The translations under genes were made by a program, and so were the position numbers. The notes below the pieces were generated by a model that did no database searches, had not been told where the DNA came from, and was given only the letters and a program-made list of their open reading frames with translations. Shown piece after piece: positions 57,715-64,000 of a DNA stretch of 64,000 nucleotides (its first letter is position 1; the number at the start of each line of letters is the position of its first letter). Source of the stretch: Gammaproteobacteria bacterium (GTDB taxonomy: Bacteria > Pseudomonadota > Gammaproteobacteria > UBA4575); NCBI GenBank assembly GCA_965222615.1, contig CBDCUI010000009.1, forward strand, positions 608,001-672,000, given 5' to 3'.

Positions 57715-58779
57715 TTAGAACTTCAGACCCAAGGCGTTAATAGTCTCCAAAGTCACAAAGTTAGTGCCATATGCAAGGCCCTTACGTTTAGCAAAACATT
57801 GTGCGCCTCTAAAAGTACATGGTCCCATAATTCCATCGACTTCACACTGGTAACAACCATGTTTCTTCAAAGCTCTTTGTAATTGAGTTACATTTTGGGT
57901 AGTCATGTTAACCTGACACAGTACTGGCGCCCAGGTTAACTGTTCTTGCCGAACCATTTCAGTACGTGTAACGGTTCCATATTCTTCTGGAACTTTAATG
58001 CGCTTTTCTTGTGCAGCTGTAACTAACTCAGTTACCTCTACTGTTTTATATTCCGCAGGTGTAGTTACCTTTTTAGTAGTAGCAGGACTAACCAAAACAG
58101 TCTTTGTAACAGTCTTGTACTCAGCAGGAATTTCAACAAGACACATTAATTCACCGGTATCAGTCACCCTGGTACCGACAACTTTTTGGTTTCCAAATCG
58201 ACTTTGTATCGCAGCAGCACTATCACCACCTGCTGCGCCTACTCCTGCACCTGCAGCATCAATGCCAGCACCTTTCTTCCAGACAGTACGCGCAGGCGAA
58301 ACTTGTACACGTTCAGTTTTGGTTCCATATTTAGCTGGCACCTGTACCAGTTTTGTTGTTTCCGGTTTCACCATAACTCGTTTAGTAACGGTCCTATAGG
58401 TAGCAGGAATAATCTGTATTTTTTCTGATGCTTCTTTTTTAACAACTTTTTCTGTCACAGTACGATGTTCAGCAGGAACTAGCATACGTGCATAACATTC
58501 ACCCGGGCGCGCATTCGGTGGATATAAATCCCCAGATGCAGCAGCAGGTGCAGTTTCTTGTGATCCAGCGCTTTGCTCTGCCATCATTCTTTCTTTTTTT
58601 GCAAGCTCATGCTCTCGCATATTGAGCTCACGTTCACGTTCCATCATTTCAGCTTCAGAAGCTGTCATTTCTGCATCGCCTTCCGCTTCCATTGATTCAG
58701 CTGTTTCAGTGGTAGTCTGACAAGATGCTAGGAACAAAGCAGCTAATAATGCTGCAATTAGCATGCTAATTCGTTTCAT
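57715..58779 (-). CDS. Lipoprotein with PAxYxTV repeats and C-terminal peptidoglycan-binding-like domain
   Basis: LASC lipobox; six [VIT]PAxYxTV-type repeats; LQRALKKHG...VDGIMGPCT. Confidence 0.8.
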   Translation of the reverse strand: MKRISMLIAALLAALFLASCQTTTETAESMEAEGDAEMTASEAEMMERERELNMREHELAKKERMMAEQSAGSQETAPAAASGDLYPPNARPGECYARMLVPAEHRTVTEKVVKKEASEKIQIIPATYRTVTKRVMVKPETTKLVQVPAKYGTKTERVQVSPARTVWKKGAGIDAAGAGVGAAGGDSAAAIQSRFGNQKVVGTRVTDTGELMCLVEIPAEYKTVTKTVLVSPATTKKVTTPAEYKTVEVTELVTAAQEKRIKVPEEYGTVTRTEMVRQEQLTWAPVLCQVNMTTQNVTQLQRALKKHGCYQCEVDGIMGPCTFRGAQCFAKRKGLAYGTNFVTLETINALGLKF

Positions 58780-59070
58780 AGTTAGTAGTCTCCCTAGGGA
58801 TTAATTATTGAATTTTCTATTGTTTTAGAAATATATCATTCAAGAAATATTTTTAAGATCCAGCTATTGTAAACTAAAGTTAAAACTTATTTAATAACAA
58901 AATTAATCATTGCCACAAAATTATTTACTGTGAATACATGATGTTAGACAATTTATGCAGAATTAGCAGAAAATAAATATAAGACATAATATCATTCAAA
59001 CGCGTTGCTAGAGTATGAGGTTAGCCGGAAAAGGAAAGTAATTAAACAACCAAACTATTTATGATTATAA

Positions 59071-59418
59071 TCATTTACTGGTCTGCCTGACCAATACCAC
59101 TAGTTTCTGATAGCAGGGACCGATACTTTTAATTATCTCCTGCTGAGTCTTTGTCGACCGTAATATTTCCAGACATAACTCTTCCAAACTTCGCGCAGTA
59201 TTGGATATTTTATCTAAACCATAAGAACCTGCCGAACCGGCTAGTTTATGACTGTGAGTACGTAACAACTCTAAATGAGTCATTTCAAATGATCCATCAA
59301 TAATCTTTTGCCAATTTTCATCTAAAATAGCCAACTTTTTCGGTAACGAAGCAACATATTCTCGCTTGAGCTGGGAAATTTTTTGTTGCGCATCTGGTGA
59401 TAAGTTAGGCATTTTCAA
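59071..59418 (-). CDS. Hpt phosphotransfer protein
   Basis: HKLAGSAGSYG. Confidence 0.9.
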   Translation of the reverse strand: MKMPNLSPDAQQKISQLKREYVASLPKKLAILDENWQKIIDGSFEMTHLELLRTHSHKLAGSAGSYGLDKISNTARSLEELCLEILRSTKTQQEIIKSIGPCYQKLVVLVRQTSK

Positions 59419-60937
59419 CTAGCAATTTATTGATAGCATTAAACAATGATGTCGCTTGTATAGGTTTTACAATGAAGTCATCACAACCTGCTGCGAGAGC
59501 ATTTACTTTGTCTTCGCCATTGGTTGATGCAGTCATGCCGATTATCGGGATCTTAGTCTCTGACTTACTCAACTGCTTCGCGACATCAATACCATTTAAC
59601 TTTGGCAACTGCAGATCTAATAGCATTAGATTAAAGTTTCCAGTTTTACATTGCTCCAATGCATCATCCCCATCAAAAACTGCAAAACTAGAATACCCAA
59701 ATTCATGCAAATAAATTTTTAACAGCTCAACTAAATCTTCATCGTCTTCAACAACTAAAATTTTAATTTCATTATTTGCTGAAAGCTTACTAACCTGTTC
59801 AGATACTACCGTAGATACTTGTTTAGCCGGTATCGAAATTGTAAAAACCGAACCTACTCCAACCTCAGACTGCAATTCAAGCTCGCCACCTAATTTTTCA
59901 ACCAGTTGTTTACTAATGGAAAGTCCTAATCCTGCCCCCTTTTGTCCACTAGATTGAATTCGACTGAATGCTTCAAATACTGATTGTTTATATTCATCTG
60001 AAATGCCTGGACCGGTGTCTACAATACTTACAATAAGCTTATTATCGACCCAATCGACTTTTACACTGACTGAACCTTCTCTTGTATATTTAATCGCATT
60101 GCTGAAAATATTTATTAATACTTGTTGCAGTCTAATGCGGTCAGATTCTATAACTTTAGGCAATTCGTCAACTACTTCAAAAACAAAATTTAATTCTGCT
60201 TCTTTTGCCTGTGCTGCAAACATCACCTTAAGGTCATCAAGCAATTCCTCTAAATGAAACGGAGCAATATTGAGAACTAAGTTATCTGTTTCCAACTGCG
60301 CATGCTCCAGCACATTATCAATCAAAGATAACAAATATTTTGTATTTCTTTCTATTGCTCTTGCATAGCGATATTCATTATCTTTTTCAGAATATTGTTT
60401 CGCTAATATATTTGAATATCCCAAAATCGATGAAATAGGTGTTCGAAATTCATGTGACATACCTGAAATAAAGCGAGACTTAGCACGGTTTACTAGCTGT
60501 AATTGCTCGTTATAGTTTTTAAGCTCTGACTGCGCTTCTTTCAATTGCTCTGTCAATTGCCTCAACTTCACGTTTAGTAATTTAGTATCGTTAGAGGCTT
60601 GGGTTGTGTCTTGTTGACGATGATGCTCGGATGTTGCATCTAACATGATTACAAACCGACTTTGGTTAATCTTTATAATGTCGATACTAGCTACCATATC
60701 ACTATTTAAACTGACCAGTGGTAAAGTAATATAGGACTCATCTTCTAACCCTACTAAAAAAGGAAGATCGTCAACACAGCTATCGCCAGCAGTAAAATCG
60801 GGAAGTTGATAATTAGTTAGATTGCCGTAATGTGAAACATAGTTGTTATCGTTATCGACAACAACAACAAGTGGCTTCAATCTTTCTGCAGATAATACAT
60901 AAAGATTTTCAGCAATTTTGTTTATATGTTGACTCAT
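59405..60937 (-). CDS. Hybrid sensor histidine kinase
   Basis: SHEFRTP, NAIKYT, DTGPG, GAGLGL, C-terminal receiver domain; no TM seen. Confidence 0.93.
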   Translation of the reverse strand: MSQHINKIAENLYVLSAERLKPLVVVVDNDNNYVSHYGNLTNYQLPDFTAGDSCVDDLPFLVGLEDESYITLPLVSLNSDMVASIDIIKINQSRFVIMLDATSEHHRQQDTTQASNDTKLLNVKLRQLTEQLKEAQSELKNYNEQLQLVNRAKSRFISGMSHEFRTPISSILGYSNILAKQYSEKDNEYRYARAIERNTKYLLSLIDNVLEHAQLETDNLVLNIAPFHLEELLDDLKVMFAAQAKEAELNFVFEVVDELPKVIESDRIRLQQVLINIFSNAIKYTREGSVSVKVDWVDNKLIVSIVDTGPGISDEYKQSVFEAFSRIQSSGQKGAGLGLSISKQLVEKLGGELELQSEVGVGSVFTISIPAKQVSTVVSEQVSKLSANNEIKILVVEDDEDLVELLKIYLHEFGYSSFAVFDGDDALEQCKTGNFNLMLLDLQLPKLNGIDVAKQLSKSETKIPIIGMTASTNGEDKVNALAAGCDDFIVKPIQATSLFNAINKLLVENA

Positions 60938-61437
60938 GAAAGTACTTTTTCAGCGAGTTCCTGAAAAGCTTTTTCTACATTTTCACCTGACTTCGCACTG
61001 GTTTCAAAAAATAACCAACTATGATCTTTAATCTTTTTTACAGCTGATTCCGGACAATCCCACTGCCCTTTTAAGTCATTTTTATTTATTAGCATACAAA
61101 ACGGCACGTCACCGCATTTCTTGCTCATTTGTTCTTGAAGTTTAAATGCAGCCTCTAAAGTGTCTTTACGTGTACCATCTGCTACTAACATATAGCCCGC
61201 TGACCCTTTAATATAGTTTTCGTCTAATGTAGTGAACGTGTCTTTGCCAGCAATATCCCAAATTAAAAACTTCAACAAAGTCTCTTCATTTACTTTGATC
61301 TCCTTGGAATCTACTTTTACACCAACGGTGCTGAGATATTTTTCCGAGAATATGTTATTCACAAAGCGAGAAACAAGACTGGTTTTTCCAACTGAAAAAT
61401 CGCCAATCATACAAATTTTCTTATTGATGACATTCAT
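60934..61437 (-). CDS. Rab/Ras-like small GTPase
   Basis: GDFSVGKTS, STVGV, WDIAG, NKND, TSAKSG. Confidence 0.92.
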   Translation of the reverse strand: MNVINKKICMIGDFSVGKTSLVSRFVNNIFSEKYLSTVGVKVDSKEIKVNEETLLKFLIWDIAGKDTFTTLDENYIKGSAGYMLVADGTRKDTLEAAFKLQEQMSKKCGDVPFCMLINKNDLKGQWDCPESAVKKIKDHSWLFFETSAKSGENVEKAFQELAEKVLS

Positions 61438-61519
61438 CTAAATACAAAATTATTTATTATGGAGTTATCAAAAAGAATGCATATTGCTAGGATTTGAGTA
61501 CATATGACAACAAATAATT

Positions 61520-61676
61520 TAGGGGATCCCTGATTAACTCAGAGGTTCCAGTAACACAAGGAGGTACCACTAAAATTGATGGCCACAGGCTATTGATTTT
61601 GAATGCAAAGTGAAAATCACATTTTTTACTTTGCGCACACTGGAAATTCATGGATGGATTATTCAGAGTGTCCTTA
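61520..61676. repeat. Degenerate MITE-like element
   Basis: Imperfect terminal IRs TAGGGGATCCCTGATTAA / TAAGGACACTCTGAATAA. Confidence 0.4.
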
Positions 61677-61685
61677 GAATTTAAC

Positions 61686-62375
61686 TCAGTCAAGAGCTGG
61701 CTCTAAACGGTAGCCGTGTTGATAAACCGATGTGAGTTTCCATCCATTTTCATCAGTAATATTAAGTTTGCGCCTTAACCGACTTATATGGGTATCTACA
61801 GTGCGCGTATTGATATCGGGATTTTTCCCCCAGACCATTTCAAGAATGTAACCTCTTGATAAAACTCTCCCAATATTTCTAAATATAAATAACGTTAGCT
61901 CATATTCTTTTTGCGTCAGCTCAATATTTGTACCATTACAAATAACAGTTCGTTTTTTTAAATCCAATGAGTACGGGGGAAAATCTAAAACCGTTTCATT
62001 ATCATTTTGAGGATAACTTCTTCTAGAAATTGCACCGACACGAGCCAACATTTCAGCCCGTTTGATAGGTTTTGCCATGTAATCATCTGCACCAGCCTCT
62101 AAGGCCATAACCACATCTTGCTCTTGATCACGCTGGGTTATAAACAAAACGGGCGGCTGCCAATCAAGATTCTCCCGCACCCACCTTAATACCTCCAAAC
62201 CGCTCATATCTGGAATTTCCCAATCGAGAATGATCACATCAAAGCTTTCTTTATTTAGTGATTGCACAATATGACCGCCAGACTGAAACACATAGCAATT
62301 GTGCCCAGCATCCGTGAGCCATACTTCCACCAGTTTGGCTTGATCGATATCGTCTTCTAGATAGGCAATTCTCAT
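61686..62375 (-). CDS. OmpR-family response regulator
   Basis: LEDD, LDW, GADDYMAKP, TRTVDTHISRLR, GYRL. Confidence 0.94.
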   Translation of the reverse strand: MRIAYLEDDIDQAKLVEVWLTDAGHNCYVFQSGGHIVQSLNKESFDVIILDWEIPDMSGLEVLRWVRENLDWQPPVLFITQRDQEQDVVMALEAGADDYMAKPIKRAEMLARVGAISRRSYPQNDNETVLDFPPYSLDLKKRTVICNGTNIELTQKEYELTLFIFRNIGRVLSRGYILEMVWGKNPDINTRTVDTHISRLRRKLNITDENGWKLTSVYQHGYRLEPALD

Positions 62376-62571
62376 CCTAGACCCTTTTTATCGAATTGCT
62401 AAATTAAGACAGCCAATTGAAAACTATAATCTTAACGATTAACAATATTTAAGTATAAAACAATTAGTTACTTGATGTTCTTTAAGAAGTTCTAAGGAAA
62501 ATACTAGAAAAATCAGTATTTAACTATGCATAGTTATGAAATTTTCTAGTATTTAATACAAGACACGATTT

Positions 62572-63915
62572 TTACATGGACATATTTTTAATAATTTCTT
62601 CACCAAAGCCAGAGGTACTGACTAAGGTCGCGCCAGGCATCAATCTCTCTAAATCTTCTTGGACTTCCTTGGATGTCCCCGGTCGTCTACCTTTAGCTTG
62701 AAACCCTGCTCGTGCTCGCGCTAAATCATAAGTTACAGTTCTTGCAGCAATTGCCCCAGAGAGACCTGCAATTACTAGATCAGCGGCTTCAGGCCAGCCC
62801 ATAAACCGTAACATCATTTCAGCAGATAAAATAATTGAACCTGGATTAACCCGATTCTTACCCGCATGTCCTGGAGCTGTACCATGGGTTGCTTCAAAGC
62901 ATGCGACATCATCTGAAATATTTGCACCTGGAGCGATCCCAATGCCTCCCACTTGTGCTGCCAAGGCATCAGAAATGTAATCACCATTTAAATTAAGTGT
63001 TGCAATGACATCATAATCTTCCGGCTTCAATAAAATTTGCTGTAAAAAATTATCTGCAATTACGTCTTTAATGACGATCTCATTTCCATTATTTGGATTG
63101 GTTATTTTGCACCAAGGACCTTCACCAATCACTTCTGCATTAAATTCCTGCATTGCGAGTTCATAACCCCAATTTCGAAACGCACCTTCAGTAAATTTCA
63201 TAATATTCCCTTTGTGTACCAAGGAAACTGAATGACGGTCGTTATCAATAGCGTACTGTATGGCTTTTCGTATTAGACGCACTGAACCTTCTTTTGAAAC
63301 AGGCTTAATTCCTATACCTGAAGTGTCTGGGAATCGTATTTTAGTTACGCCCATCTCTTCTCGTAAAAATTTGATGATCTTTTTCGCCTCTTCACTTTGT
63401 GCTTCCCACTCAATACCTGCATAAATGTCTTCTGTATTTTCACGGAAAATTACCATATCCGTAGTACCTGAGTCTTTAAGTGGTGTGGGTGTGCCCGAGA
63501 AATAACGAATAGGGCGAACGCAAGCAAATAAATCCAACTTTTGACGAATCGCTACATTCAATGAACGCATGCCCTCTCCCACGGGTGTTGCAAGGGGCCC
63601 CTTGATCGACACAATATATTTTTTCATCACTTCAAGAGTTTCATCAGGCAAAAAATCATGCTCACCATATAAACGAGCTGCTTTTTCGCCCGCATAAATT
63701 TCCATCCAACTTATTCGTCGTTTACCACCATAGGCTTTTTTGACTGCAGCCGAGACAATACGGCGCATTACCGGAGTTACATCTATACCGATGCCATCGC
63801 CCTCGATGTAAGGAATGATTGGAACATCCGGAACATCTAGACTTTTATCCGGATTAAGCTTAATTGCCTCACCTTCTGCTGGGACCTGAACGTGTTCGTA
63901 GGGCTTGTGCGCCAT
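62572..63915 (-). CDS. icd: NADP-dependent isocitrate dehydrogenase
   Basis: [41 protein letters not shown]. Confidence 0.96.
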   Translation of the reverse strand: MAHKPYEHVQVPAEGEAIKLNPDKSLDVPDVPIIPYIEGDGIGIDVTPVMRRIVSAAVKKAYGGKRRISWMEIYAGEKAARLYGEHDFLPDETLEVMKKYIVSIKGPLATPVGEGMRSLNVAIRQKLDLFACVRPIRYFSGTPTPLKDSGTTDMVIFRENTEDIYAGIEWEAQSEEAKKIIKFLREEMGVTKIRFPDTSGIGIKPVSKEGSVRLIRKAIQYAIDNDRHSVSLVHKGNIMKFTEGAFRNWGYELAMQEFNAEVIGEGPWCKITNPNNGNEIVIKDVIADNFLQQILLKPEDYDVIATLNLNGDYISDALAAQVGGIGIAPGANISDDVACFEATHGTAPGHAGKNRVNPGSIILSAEMMLRFMGWPEAADLVIAGLSGAIAARTVTYDLARARAGFQAKGRRPGTSKEVQEDLERLMPGATLVSTSGFGEEIIKNMSM

Positions 63916-64000
63916 AAGTTAAACCTCTAATTGAATAAATAATGAGAAATTAAATAAATTATAGTTTAAATACATAAGCTTTTACTTACAAAAATAAAAA

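Overview
AT-rich gammaproteobacterial chromosome segment. The core backbone carries fusA (3' part), dacB, folP, lepA, degQ/mucD-rseB-rseA-rpoE, nadB, orn, rsgA, recR-ybaB-dnaX-ffs, tRNA-Ser(GGA) and icd. The about 27 kb between ffs and tRNA-Ser look accessory. They hold a cobalt-type thiocyanate hydrolase operon (scnB-scnA-scnC, accessory protein, DsrE-like protein, NrtA/CynA-type ABC transporter, CbtB), a divergent CynR-like LysR, cyanase, an outer-membrane porin, cbtBA, a TonB receptor/PepSY pair, an IS3 and an IS30. One conserved LysR-type operator/promoter motif precedes four of these transcription units, suggesting a single thiocyanate/cyanate/cobalt regulon. Other notable items are an integrase-less attC cassette array (4.3-5.8 kb), about 175-bp tRNA-derived tandem repeats with a gene in one repeat slot, an A9 slippage site in dnaX, several MITE-like repeats, unannotated small ORFs, and a Rab-like GTPase in a phosphorelay operon. 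All family calls come from motif recognition by eye; no database search was run.
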